In this document: positions 1 through 9,326 of the stretch, piece after piece
Layout of the letters: the number at the start of each line of letters is the position of its first letter
Numbering within the stretch: position 1 is the first letter of the stretch
Virus record (IMG/VR): IMGVR_UViG_3300025381_000002
Origin: a virus
Reading direction: 5' to 3' (one strand)
DNA length: 59,707 bases
Notes under the pieces: generated by a model
Databases searched by the model: none
Told to the model about the DNA's origin: nothing
What the model saw: the letters and a program-made list of their open reading frames with translations, nothing else
Program-made: the position numbers and the translations under genes

Positions 1-316
1 ATCCGAATCAACAACCGTTTCCGATACAAACATATCAATAGCATCGTTCTTAGGTTCTTTATCTGAATCAACAGCTATATCTGATACCAATAACGTATCT
101 GCATCGTTCTTAGGTTCTTTATCCGAATCAACAACCGTTTCCGATACAGAGTCCGCAACTCAAAATTTCCCAGTAATAGAAAATACAAGTGCGACGTCTA
201 TTACTGATACTAATAGCGCTTCTGCATCTTTTATTGGTATTCGATCCGAATCAACAACCGTTTCCGATACAAACATATCAATAGCATCGTTCTTAGGTTC
301 TTTATCTGAATCAACA
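1..316. repeat. Terminal redundancy: nt 1-316 are identical to nt 59392-59707
   Basis: Base-by-base comparison of the two window ends shows an exact 316-nt match. It falls inside a tandem-repeat coding array. Confidence 0.9.
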
Positions 317-760
317 ACCTTAACTGATACAAACATATCAATAGCATCTTTTATTGGTATTCGATCCGAATCAACAACCGTTTCCGATACAAACATATCA
401 ATAGCATCGTTCTTAGGTTCTCTATCCGAATCAACAACCGTTTCCGATACAAACATATCAATAGCATCGTTCTTAGGTTCTTTATCCGAATCAACAACCG
501 TTTCCGATACAAACATATCAATAGCATCGTTCTTAGGTTCTTTATCTGAATCAACAGCTATATCTGATACCAATAACGTATCTGCATCGTTCTTAGGTTC
601 TTTATCCGAATCAACAACCGTTTCCGATACAGAGTCCGCAACTCAAAATTTCCCAGTAATAGAAAATACAAGTGCGACGTCTATTACTGATACTAATAGC
701 GCTTCTGCATCTTTTATTGGTATTCGATCCGAATCAACAACTCTATCTGATAGTTATGTT
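2..760 (+). repeat. In-frame tandem array of 60-nt and 123-nt units (distal part of the fibre-gene array)
   Basis: Unit order is A B C A D A' A A B C. Units begin tccgaatcaaca / tctgaatcaaca, and several copies are identical. Confidence 0.9.
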
Positions 761-1306
761 GGTAGGTTTTCTTATTTTGTAAATATATCTGAAACAGAAA
801 CTTTAACTGATATAACGATTGGGAAAGCAGCATTTTCAACAACTATAACTGAGAACACTGTTTTAGCAGATGCTCTTTCTGCTATAGCACAATTTAATAC
901 TTCTTATATAGAATTATTTTCAGTAACAGACTACCAATTTGGCGGTGGATGGGTTAAGATAAACAACAATCAAGTTCCATATACCCCTCAATATATTGAT
1001 AATTCTTTTAGCGAATTATCTTTTGCAGAGCCTTTTGGAGAACTAAATACTGAATTTTCTGGATGGCCTAACATAGGAAATTATCAGCAAGTATCTTGGG
1101 CTAGAATAGATAACACACAAAACTCATATCAACCAGCCCAATACCCTACAAATTCATTAGCTGAATTAGCTTTTGCTGAAGTGCAGAATAATTTAGAATC
1201 ACCAATTATAGGTTGGAGCTCTATAAATAATGACGATACAAACGTATGGTCAAATATGGCTGATGACCAAAACCCTAATTGGGTTGATATAAATGATAAC
1301 CAATAA
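2..1306 (+). CDS. Ser/Thr-rich repeat fibre-like protein, 3' part (5' part is 59078..59707; the gene crosses the window junction)
   Basis: Frame 2 is open from nt 2 to TAA at 1304-1306. It encodes 20-aa (SESTTVSDTNISIASFLGSL) and 41-aa modules, then a Trp-containing C-terminus with four W-x2-I-[ND]-[ND]-x-[QD]-like motifs. It is on the same strand as, and adjacent to, the next fibre gene. It is missing from the ORF track because it has no in-window start. Confidence 0.7.
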   Translation, partial: SESTTVSDTNISIASFLGSLSESTAISDTNNVSASFLGSLSESTTVSDTESATQNFPVIENTSATSITDTNSASASFIGIRSESTTVSDTNISIASFLGSLSESTTLTDTNISIASFIGIRSESTTVSDTNISIASFLGSLSESTTVSDTNISIASFLGSLSESTTVSDTNISIASFLGSLSESTAISDTNNVSASFLGSLSESTTVSDTESATQNFPVIENTSATSITDTNSASASFIGIRSESTTLSDSYVGRFSYFVNISETETLTDITIGKAAFSTTITENTVLADALSAIAQFNTSYIELFSVTDYQFGGGWVKINNNQVPYTPQYIDNSFSELSFAEPFGELNTEFSGWPNIGNYQQVSWARIDNTQNSYQPAQYPTNSLAELAFAEVQNNLESPIIGWSSINNDDTNVWSNMADDQNPNWVDINDNQ

Positions 1307-1316
1307 AGGATAGATA

Positions 1317-2999
1317 ATGTCAAGCACCTACTCACCTTCACTACGAATAGAACTCATCGGTGCCGGGGAACAATCTGGAACTTGGAACACAACCACTAAT
1401 GGTAACTTAGGAACATTAATAGAGCAATCTATTGCTGGAGTTACATCTATTTCAATGGTGGATGCTAACTATGCCCTTACAGCTTATAACGGTGTTTCAG
1501 ACCAATCAAGACAAGCCGTTATTGTTGTTAGTGGAACAAACTCAGCTATCAGAGATGTTATTGCGCCTTTAGTCACTAAAACATATTTAATTAAAAACAA
1601 TACTTCTGGTGGTTTTGCTATTAACGTAAGGGCCACAACAGGTGCTAGTGTGTCTATACCTAATGGTGTGACAAGCATTGTTTATTGTGATGGGACTAAT
1701 TTTAATTTAGGTATTGCTCAAACATCAACAGCTGCGGGCACTGGGATAAGCATAAGTGTAGCAGGCGCTACCACTACAGTAAATAACACAGGTGTGCTAA
1801 GTTACAATTCTCGTACAGGTAATGTTACTCCCGTATCGGGAGATGTTACAGGTGCGTTAGGTTATGTGCCGTTAGGCGCTTTGTCTGGAGCAATTACCAC
1901 ATCTGGTAATGTTGCTTCATTAGGTAGTTTTAGTTCAGCTCAATTAGCCACTGCATTAACTGACGAAACAGGTAGTGGAAGTAATGTTTTTGCAGTCAGT
2001 CCAACTTTAGTTTCTCCAGCGTTGGGCACACCTGCTTCTGGGGTATTAACTAATTGTACAGGTACAGCCGCAGGATTAACTTCTGGTAACGCCCTTACTG
2101 CAACAAATCCACAGAGTGGTGGGTCATTCATAACCTCTAGTAATATCGGCTCTCAGTCAGTTTCTTTTGCTGCCACTGCCGCTACGGCTAATTCTTTAAA
2201 TGCCGCCAATAGTTATTCTGCAACAGGTGTAACATCAACCAGCATTGATGCGGCTGGATTTGCATATCGGCTTGTTCCATCTTCTGTGGGTACTCAAACT
2301 ATTATTCAATGGGTAGATTATGCTCAAACCGTACAATGGACATCATTAGTTGGCTCAAATGGTCATTTAGGATGTACTAGCGCATTTGAAGCAACATCAT
2401 TTATAGGTCCTGGTACAGGGTTAAGAGGTACAGCTACTGATTTAACTGCTGGTAATGCTACTAATGCTACTAATGCTACTAATGCTACTAATGCTACTAA
2501 TGCTACTAATGCTACAACAGCGGCTAACTTAAATGGCACTTGGACACAGATGCCCGCAGGTACACGAGTCCCTTTTGCTCAAGCAGCAGCGCCTACAGGT
2601 TGGACGCAAGATACCACTGATACTGCTGACAACCGTATGTTACGAGTAGTTAATACAACTGGTGGTGGTGTGGGGGGTTCGGCTGACCCTACACTTAATA
2701 ATACAGTCCCTTATCATACACATGGTTTTACTACGGGGGGGCAAAGTGCTAACCACGTGCATTATGATGCTGGACATACACATGCTGTTGGAGGGACAAC
2801 TGGATCAAATATTGCCTATGCTGGGGCAGGTGGAGACGCAAGATATGCCCTTACACAAAACGCAAACACAGCAACAAGTTACGCAAGTTTGTTTGGAGTC
2901 AGTGTAGACCACACTCACTCAGGTGGAACAGACGGAGGTTCAAGCCAAACAAACTGGGCACCTCGATACATCAATTTAATTATTTGTGTTAAGTCATAA
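1317..2999 (+). CDS. Tail fibre protein with (NAT)7 repeat and His-x-His-rich collar-like C-terminus
   Basis: Contains the fibre-type motif LTDETGSGSNVFAVSPTLVSPALGTPASGVLTNCTG. The C-terminus has PYHTHGF, NHVHYDAGHTHAV and VDHTHSGG, then APRYINLIICV, typical of tail-collar/fibre tips. AAGGA lies upstream of the ATG. Confidence 0.8.
   Translation: MSSTYSPSLRIELIGAGEQSGTWNTTTNGNLGTLIEQSIAGVTSISMVDANYALTAYNGVSDQSRQAVIVVSGTNSAIRDVIAPLVTKTYLIKNNTSGGFAINVRATTGASVSIPNGVTSIVYCDGTNFNLGIAQTSTAAGTGISISVAGATTTVNNTGVLSYNSRTGNVTPVSGDVTGALGYVPLGALSGAITTSGNVASLGSFSSAQLATALTDETGSGSNVFAVSPTLVSPALGTPASGVLTNCTGTAAGLTSGNALTATNPQSGGSFITSSNIGSQSVSFAATAATANSLNAANSYSATGVTSTSIDAAGFAYRLVPSSVGTQTIIQWVDYAQTVQWTSLVGSNGHLGCTSAFEATSFIGPGTGLRGTATDLTAGNATNATNATNATNATNATNATTAANLNGTWTQMPAGTRVPFAQAAAPTGWTQDTTDTADNRMLRVVNTTGGGVGGSADPTLNNTVPYHTHGFTTGGQSANHVHYDAGHTHAVGGTTGSNIAYAGAGGDARYALTQNANTATSYASLFGVSVDHTHSGGTDGGSSQTNWAPRYINLIICVKS
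2454..2516 (+). repeat. 9-bp microsatellite (aatgctact) x7 encoding (Asn-Ala-Thr)7
   Basis: Seven consecutive in-frame 9-nt units lie inside the fibre gene. The last unit ends aca. Confidence 0.95.
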
Positions 3000-3022
3000 G
3001 TCATAAGTCGTAAGGAATAATA

Positions 3023-3250
3023 ATGGAAATTTTAATTACAGGTTATCAATATAAAAGCAATAAGCGGTTTAGTGCAATTTATGAGTTTCCACAACATAAA
3101 GACCAAGACCCTATACACATGCCACCTAATACTACATTAGTTGCGCCTCCAGTTAAACCTGAGGGTAAAGAAGCATTGTGGGATGGTAAAGACTGGAGTT
3201 TAGTTGATGAAGAAGTAATGCAGTCTAACGCTAACGCTAATGGAAATTAA
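3023..3250 (+). CDS. Possible tail fibre assembly/chaperone-like protein
   Basis: A 75-aa ORF directly after the fibre gene. The pattern PPNTTLVAPP...ALWDGKDWSLVDEE resembles tail-fibre-assembly proteins. Confidence 0.4.
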   Translation: MEILITGYQYKSNKRFSAIYEFPQHKDQDPIHMPPNTTLVAPPVKPEGKEALWDGKDWSLVDEEVMQSNANANGN

Positions 3251-3551
3251 AACAGTCTTAACATGTCCTTTGGGCAGTAGGTGCGAAGAGATTAAGGACG
3301 GCGCTATTCATCGCTGTGCGTGGTTTCAAACATTGGCTGGCACCAATCCAAACACTGGTGAGCAAGCAGATGAAAAAGGTTGCGCAATTGCGTGGATGCC
3401 TATGCTAATGATTGAAAACTCCATGCAACAACGTAGCACCAGCGCTGCGGTAGAATCTTTTAGGAACGAAACGGTGCAAGCTAATCAAAAAACACAGCAG
3501 ATATTGATGCTGTCTCAAACAAACAAAATGAGGTTAATCAATGATGAGTAA
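3240..3551 (+). CDS. Hypothetical protein
   Basis: A 103-aa ORF that overlaps both neighbours in the late operon. It contains several Cys residues. Confidence 0.45.
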   Translation: MEIKTVLTCPLGSRCEEIKDGAIHRCAWFQTLAGTNPNTGEQADEKGCAIAWMPMLMIENSMQQRSTSAAVESFRNETVQANQKTQQILMLSQTNKMRLINDE

Positions 3552-3747
3552 ACTATTGGCTATTTGGAATTTCATATATGATCGTATACAAGAACCTAGC
3601 ACCCATGCGTCTATATCTGCTTTATTAGGTATTGCTGGTTTGCAACTTGATACTGGTGTAATCCATGATGGTATGGTTGCTTTAAGTCTTATTTTTGGAG
3701 CTATCGGGATTGTTGTAAAAGAATATAAACCTGACCCTACTGTTTAA
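3541..3747 (+). CDS. Small membrane protein (holin-like candidate)
   Basis: 68 aa with two hydrophobic segments (ISALLGIAGLQL, GMVALSLIFGAIGIVV). Confidence 0.4.
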   Translation: MMSKLLAIWNFIYDRIQEPSTHASISALLGIAGLQLDTGVIHDGMVALSLIFGAIGIVVKEYKPDPTV

Positions 3748-3775
3748 AATAGCACGGGTATTAAAAGGGTAGCTC

Positions 3776-6115
3776 ATGCCATTAGCAAAACTTCAAATAA
3801 CTGCGGGTATTAATAGAGAAGGGACTAACTACTCTAATGATAATGGTTGGTATCAAAGTAATAACGTAAGGTTTCGTTCAGGTTTTCCTGAAAAAATCGG
3901 TGGTTGGGCTAATCATGATAATTCTACTTATTTAGGTACAGCACGTTCTCTTTGGAATTGGGTAGATTTTAATAGTCATAATTTATTAGCTGTTGGAACA
4001 AACTTAAAGTATTATATTAATTTTGGTGGAACGCTTTACGATATTACTCCTATTCGCGCCACATTTATATCACCTGTCACTAACAATTGTTTCACTACTA
4101 CTGCAAGTTCTACTACTGTTGTAGTAACTATACCTGCACATGGTGCAACCACAGGCGACTTTGTTACTTTTTCTGGTGCAGTCGCTGTTGATGGTATTTC
4201 AGCAGCCGCTTTAAATACCCAATATCAGATCACCTATTTATCTGCAAGCACATTTTCTATAACCGTTCCTTCTGCTGCCACATCGTCTGGTACTGGTGGG
4301 GGCACTGCGATTACTGCCGCTTTCCAAATGGTCACAGGTTTGGATGTTCATCCCGTAGGTACTGGTTGGGGCGCGGGTCCTTGGGGTAGAGGCGGTTGGG
4401 GGTCAAGTTATTCAGTAGGTGTAGGCGAGCAATTAATGCTCTGGTCTAATGATAACTTTGGTCAAGATTTAGTTTTTGCAGCTAGGGGCGGCCCAATATA
4501 TTATTGGAGTGGCACAACAGGATTAAATGTTCGTGGTGAATATTTATCTGACGTAACTAATACACAAACAGCATTAAGCACAGCGGCGACTTTTAATAGT
4601 GGTGCAACTACTATAAATGTTCAATTTCCTGCAGGTATTGTTGGCGGCTCTTTTGTATCTGGTGTTGGTATCCCTGCAGGGACTTATGTTGCATACACAT
4701 ATATTATTGGTTCTTCTACTGTGCCAATATCTACAACAACTACAGCGGCAAGTTCAGGCAATTATAATTTTACATACTCAGGTGCGTATGTCCCTGTGGC
4801 TACCAATCAAATATTGTGTTCTGCTGTTCAGCAATTTGTTATTGCGTATGGGGCTAATTCGTACGTTCCAAACACACCTGCAAGTACGTATGACCCTATG
4901 CTTGTCAGATGGTCAGATCAAGCTAATCCTTACCAATGGGTGCCTGATGTTACTAATCAATCTGGGGAGTATCGACTATCGCGTGGTTCTTTTATTATGG
5001 CAGCTCAAGTTACTCGCCAAGAAAATTTAATTTGGACTGACACATCGTTATATTCCATGCAATACATCGGTGCCCCGTATGTTTGGGGTATTCAAATGTT
5101 AATGGATAATATCACTATCATTTCTCCTAACGCGGCTATCACTGCTAATGGGGCTACTTTTTGGATGGGATTAGATAAATTTTATATCTATGAGGGTTCG
5201 GTAAGCACATTAAATTGTACGTTAAAACAATATGTTTTTACCGACATTAATCTTGACCAAGGGTTTCAAGCGTTTGCTGGTGGTAATTTTGGTTACAACG
5301 AAGTTTGGTGGTATTACTGCTCTGAAAACTCTACGATTGTAGATCGTTATGTTGTTTATAATTATGTAGAAAAAATATGGTTTTCAGGAAACATGACTAG
5401 GACAGCGTGGTTAGATTCTAGTTTACAACCTGCTCCAATAGCCGCTGCATATACCCCTTTATGCGCATTCCAAGGCTCTATATCAGGAACAACATTAATA
5501 GTGTCTTCCTTATACTATGGGACTATAACTATAGGTTCCTACATTACTGGTATGGGTATCATCACTGGCACTATTGTTACCGGGTATATCGCTTCTTCTG
5601 GTGGAGTAGGCACTTACGTTGTTAACTATTCTCAAACCGTTTCTTCGACTTCAATAGAAATGGTAACTACCAGCACGGGTCTTTTGTTAGCTCATGAAAC
5701 AGGTGTAGATAATTTGTCGGGTATCGCATCTGTACCTATTGATGCTTACATTCAATCATCTGATATTGATATAGAAGACGGTCAACACTTTGGTTTTGTA
5801 TGGCGCATACTTCCAGATATTAACTTTAATGGTTCTAATGTCAATAACCCGTATGTGGCTATGACCGTATGGCCTAGGTTAAATTCTGGTGCCCCATACG
5901 GAACGGCCGATGCACCAACAGTGACAAGTAATAATAATTATGCACCTCCTTATCCTCCTAACTCAAGTGTGTATATCGTTCAACAATATACTGGTCAGGT
6001 CTATACTAGACTACGAGGCAGGCAATTAAGTTTTAGAGTAGAGTCAAACTCATTAGGAACAGCATGGCAATTGGGTAATCCTAGGATAGATGTCAAGCAA
6101 GACGGCAGACGCTAG
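3776..6115 (+). CDS. Large tail structural protein (nozzle/tail-tube or spike-base candidate)
   Basis: 779 aa with a Gly/Thr/Ser-rich, beta-type composition. It lies between the fibres and the internal-protein block. The N-terminus is INREGTNY...VRFRSGFPEKIGGW. Confidence 0.55.
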   Translation: MPLAKLQITAGINREGTNYSNDNGWYQSNNVRFRSGFPEKIGGWANHDNSTYLGTARSLWNWVDFNSHNLLAVGTNLKYYINFGGTLYDITPIRATFISPVTNNCFTTTASSTTVVVTIPAHGATTGDFVTFSGAVAVDGISAAALNTQYQITYLSASTFSITVPSAATSSGTGGGTAITAAFQMVTGLDVHPVGTGWGAGPWGRGGWGSSYSVGVGEQLMLWSNDNFGQDLVFAARGGPIYYWSGTTGLNVRGEYLSDVTNTQTALSTAATFNSGATTINVQFPAGIVGGSFVSGVGIPAGTYVAYTYIIGSSTVPISTTTTAASSGNYNFTYSGAYVPVATNQILCSAVQQFVIAYGANSYVPNTPASTYDPMLVRWSDQANPYQWVPDVTNQSGEYRLSRGSFIMAAQVTRQENLIWTDTSLYSMQYIGAPYVWGIQMLMDNITIISPNAAITANGATFWMGLDKFYIYEGSVSTLNCTLKQYVFTDINLDQGFQAFAGGNFGYNEVWWYYCSENSTIVDRYVVYNYVEKIWFSGNMTRTAWLDSSLQPAPIAAAYTPLCAFQGSISGTTLIVSSLYYGTITIGSYITGMGIITGTIVTGYIASSGGVGTYVVNYSQTVSSTSIEMVTTSTGLLLAHETGVDNLSGIASVPIDAYIQSSDIDIEDGQHFGFVWRILPDINFNGSNVNNPYVAMTVWPRLNSGAPYGTADAPTVTSNNNYAPPYPPNSSVYIVQQYTGQVYTRLRGRQLSFRVESNSLGTAWQLGNPRIDVKQDGRR

Positions 6116-6136
6116 ATACACAAGGATTTTAAAAAT

Positions 6137-6994
6137 ATGGCTATTAAATTACAACCTTCAAAAGCGCCTAACTTAATATTAGCACCTGCTGAGTATGCTC
6201 AGCAAAATCAACAGCAGTTTTTAAACATGCTTAGGCTGTATTTTAATCAGCTAGATAACAATATGGCTTCTTTATTATCTAACGAGGGGGGCGCTTATTT
6301 ACGTTTCCCCAACGGTGCTTTCCATCAAGATGGTGTAACTACATTAACAACAAGTATATCTACCTCATCTACAACACCTATTGTTGTTGGGTCAACTGTT
6401 GATTTCTTACCGTCCGGGGTGTTACTAATTGGTAATGAGCTTATACAATATACTAGTAAGACATTAACATCGTTTACGGGCATTACTCGTGCGGCATATG
6501 GTTCTTCAAGCTCTGCTCATACCGTGGGTGTATATGTATCCGAAGCCCAACCCGTCCCTTCATCAACAATACCTTTAACGATTGCCCTTACAAAAACAGA
6601 TGTTAGCAATCAAGTGGCGCTTAATCCAAATGATAACACTCAAGTAATACATCAATCTAGTGGGTACTATAATATCCAATTTAGTATTCAGCTCGCTAGT
6701 TATGACAACACAATAGATAACGTAACCGTATGGTTTAGACAAAACGGTATAGATGTTCCCAATAGTGGGGGTATTGTTTCTGTACCTACAACTCATGCGG
6801 GCATTGCTGGTACGGCGTTATTATCGTGGAATATTGTTTTGCCTATTAATGGTGGGGACTATATTCAAATGATGATGACCTCTGATTCTGGAAATAGTGT
6901 TGCCATAACTTACCCGCCCGGTATAACCCCCGTACATCCCTCCTCTCCTTCAATTATCTTGACATCAACATTCGTATCTGCCTTGTATTTATGA
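6137..6994 (+). CDS. Virion/tail-associated protein
   Basis: A 285-aa ORF in the structural operon with a Ser/Thr-rich, beta-like composition. Confidence 0.5.
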   Translation: MAIKLQPSKAPNLILAPAEYAQQNQQQFLNMLRLYFNQLDNNMASLLSNEGGAYLRFPNGAFHQDGVTTLTTSISTSSTTPIVVGSTVDFLPSGVLLIGNELIQYTSKTLTSFTGITRAAYGSSSSAHTVGVYVSEAQPVPSSTIPLTIALTKTDVSNQVALNPNDNTQVIHQSSGYYNIQFSIQLASYDNTIDNVTVWFRQNGIDVPNSGGIVSVPTTHAGIAGTALLSWNIVLPINGGDYIQMMMTSDSGNSVAITYPPGITPVHPSSPSIILTSTFVSALYL

Positions 6995-7006
6995 TAGTAT
7001 TGTCTT

Positions 7007-7441
7007 ATGAATGATCTATCTAAAAAAGGTAATACCCCCAGTATATTAGCTATCGAAACGCTTATGAAAGAGCATTTTGACCAAACAGCTTTAAAAGTAA
7101 TTGCGGATACCAAACATTACCAAATTAAAGGCATATATGCTAGAACAATGTTTATACCTGCAGGCACATTGGTTACAGGTAAGATTCACAATTTTGAAAG
7201 CATTGGTATCCTTGCTCAAGGTACGATGCGCATAACTAACGGCAATACGAGCGTGATAGTTTCCGCACCTTATATTACTATTGATGAACCTGGTATTAAA
7301 CGATTAGGTTACGCGGAAACAGATTGCACGTTCATCAGTGTTCATAGAACTGATGCAGAAGACATAGCAGACATTGAGGAAGAACTTGTGTCAGATACTT
7401 TTGAACAATACGAAATTAAAAGATTGGGGGAATCACTATGA
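7007..7441 (+). CDS. Hypothetical protein (beta-barrel-like)
   Basis: A 144-aa ORF whose end overlaps the next gene start. Confidence 0.45.
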   Translation: MNDLSKKGNTPSILAIETLMKEHFDQTALKVIADTKHYQIKGIYARTMFIPAGTLVTGKIHNFESIGILAQGTMRITNGNTSVIVSAPYITIDEPGIKRLGYAETDCTFISVHRTDAEDIADIEEELVSDTFEQYEIKRLGESL

Positions 7442-8910
7442 GTTTTATTAGCGCATTAGCTGCTATAGGTGAGGGAGCGGCATTAGCTGGAGGGGCATTA
7501 GCTACGGGAGCAAGTGCATTAGGGTCTGGTTTAGCTGCTGGTGCTGGTGCAATTGGTACTGGGTTAGCCGCAGGTGCTGGTGCAATTGGTACTGGCGCGG
7601 CTGAATTAGGTAGTGGTATTGCTTCAGGATTAGCTGGAGGTGCAGAAACAGCAGGTGCGGCTGGCGCTGCGGGTGAAGCTGGAACAGCCGGTGTTGCCGC
7701 AAATTTAGGGGCGGACATAAGTGCGCCAACATTATTAGGTGGTACAGAAACAGCAGGGACAGCTGGCTTTGGCGGGGGCGCATTACAAGCCGGAACAGGT
7801 GCGGTGGCTGATACTTCTGCGGGGGCATCAACATTGGGTTCTTCTGGTTTTGGTGCGACTCCTGCCCAAATTGCTGCAAGCAATATGGCACCATCATTGG
7901 GTGTTGATACAACCCCGACTCTTTTTCAAGGGGCTAACGCTGCTAACGCCGCTAATTTAGGTTTTGGACAAGGTGCTTTAGACACAGGTCTTAATGCTGT
8001 AAACATAACCAATCCAGTTGCTCAAAATATGATTTATGGTGGATTGAAAGGTGCGGCTATTGGTGCTGGTGTTGGCGGTTTAGGTTCAGCTCTTACAGGT
8101 CAAGACATTGGTAAAGGTATGGAAGGCGGTGCATTAACAGGTGCAATCGGTGGGATAGGTGGCGCTGGGCTATCTGGTTTGGCTGGTTCTAGTAATGCAA
8201 CATTAAGTGATATAGGTGATTTTGCTACAAAACACGACACTCTTGTTCCTGCGGGTATAAGCCTAGCTGCAACCCCATTTGTTAATAATGCTTTATCGCC
8301 ATCAATACCCACAACACAAGGTTCAACATATAGTACCCCTCTTCATTGGGCTGGCCCTAAGCCCGGTGTATTTAATCAAACTACCTATTCTCCAGATATT
8401 CCAAATCCAGCAAGTTTTTATCCTACATCTAGCGGTTATGCTGAAGGCGGGATTACAAATTTAGCAGCTGGCGGTATGCCTAAATATGCGCCAGCAGGTT
8501 TGCCTGCGGGGCTACCCGAAGGTCTGCCTAGTAAGATACAACACCTTGCCCCGAAAGGTCATCCTGCTAATACACGATATTCTCATTCAATAGGAATGGC
8601 TCAAGGTGGTATTGCTGATTTGGGTTCTTATAAATCAGGTGGTAGTCCAAACCTTTTACATGGTCCTGGCGATGGTGTATCTGACGATATACCCGCAACC
8701 ATTGCTAATAAACAACCTGCTCGTTTAGCGACAGGCGAGTACGTATTGAGTTCACGCATTGTATCTGAGTTAGGTAATGGGTCTACTGATGCTGGTGCTA
8801 AACGTCTTGATGAGATGGTTAAGCATATTCAAGCGGGTCGTAAAAAGACAATCGGTAAGAATAAAGAATATGCCAAAGATACTAAAGCTTACAAACACTT
8901 ATTAGCATGA
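7438..8910 (+). CDS. Gly/Ala-rich internal virion protein
   Basis: The N-terminal third is a Gly/Ala repeat, with a 33-nt unit duplicated at 7531-7596. The C-terminus has GPGDGVSDDIPA...LATGEYVLSSRIVSELGNGSTDAGAKRL and two [YM]A-x-GGI motifs. Confidence 0.6.
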   Translation: MSFISALAAIGEGAALAGGALATGASALGSGLAAGAGAIGTGLAAGAGAIGTGAAELGSGIASGLAGGAETAGAAGAAGEAGTAGVAANLGADISAPTLLGGTETAGTAGFGGGALQAGTGAVADTSAGASTLGSSGFGATPAQIAASNMAPSLGVDTTPTLFQGANAANAANLGFGQGALDTGLNAVNITNPVAQNMIYGGLKGAAIGAGVGGLGSALTGQDIGKGMEGGALTGAIGGIGGAGLSGLAGSSNATLSDIGDFATKHDTLVPAGISLAATPFVNNALSPSIPTTQGSTYSTPLHWAGPKPGVFNQTTYSPDIPNPASFYPTSSGYAEGGITNLAAGGMPKYAPAGLPAGLPEGLPSKIQHLAPKGHPANTRYSHSIGMAQGGIADLGSYKSGGSPNLLHGPGDGVSDDIPATIANKQPARLATGEYVLSSRIVSELGNGSTDAGAKRLDEMVKHIQAGRKKTIGKNKEYAKDTKAYKHLLA

Positions 8911-9326
8911 TAACCGTCCGTCCTGTAGATAGAAATTATGGGCATCAAACTTGGCCGATGGTGGAAGGATATATTCGATCGGCTTTAGAAACTGAATATG
9001 ATGGGGTGCCTATGTATTCCATCGAGCATATTCAAAACTATGTTGCTACAGGTGAATGGTTATTATGTGTGGCTGTAGATGAAAACAATGAAATTAAAGG
9101 CGCATGCACTATTCAATTTTATAATCAACCTTTACATCGAGTTGCTTATGTTTCTACAATTGGTGGTAGGTTAGTTTCTAATAAAAATTCAGTAGAACAA
9201 TTAAAAAATATAGCCAGACAAAATGGCGCAACGATAATCACAGCAGTGGGTAGACCTGCTATTGCGCGTCTTTGGAGACGTTACGGTTTTAACCAAACTA
9301 ACATTTTGTTGGAGCAACTTTTATGA
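8907..9326 (+). CDS. GNAT-like acetyltransferase-fold protein
   Basis: 139 aa. The pattern LLCVAVDENNEIKGACTIQF...VAYVSTIGGR...ARLWRRYGF resembles the GNAT core. This is a call by eye only. Confidence 0.4.
   Translation: MITVRPVDRNYGHQTWPMVEGYIRSALETEYDGVPMYSIEHIQNYVATGEWLLCVAVDENNEIKGACTIQFYNQPLHRVAYVSTIGGRLVSNKNSVEQLKNIARQNGATIITAVGRPAIARLWRRYGFNQTNILLEQLL

Noticed and set aside
160-573. 137-aa minus-strand ORF (and the 67-aa ORF at 351..554) across the 60-nt repeats
   Set aside because: This is the antisense reading of a tandem array, where repeats keep several frames open. The plus-strand frame is continuous for 539 codons across the junction, starts with an ATG coupled to the upstream gene, and lies in an all-plus-strand operon.
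1317-2999. Diversity-generating retroelement targeting the fibre tip
   Set aside because: There is no reverse transcriptase ORF anywhere in the window, and I found no template-repeat copy of the fibre 3' end.
7416-7912. 155-aa and 136-aa minus-strand ORFs, and the 73-aa plus-strand alternative frame
   Set aside because: These are antisense or alternative frames of the Gly/Ala repeat region, where GC-rich codon repeats suppress stop codons. The plus-strand gene continues into a conserved-looking C-terminal domain.
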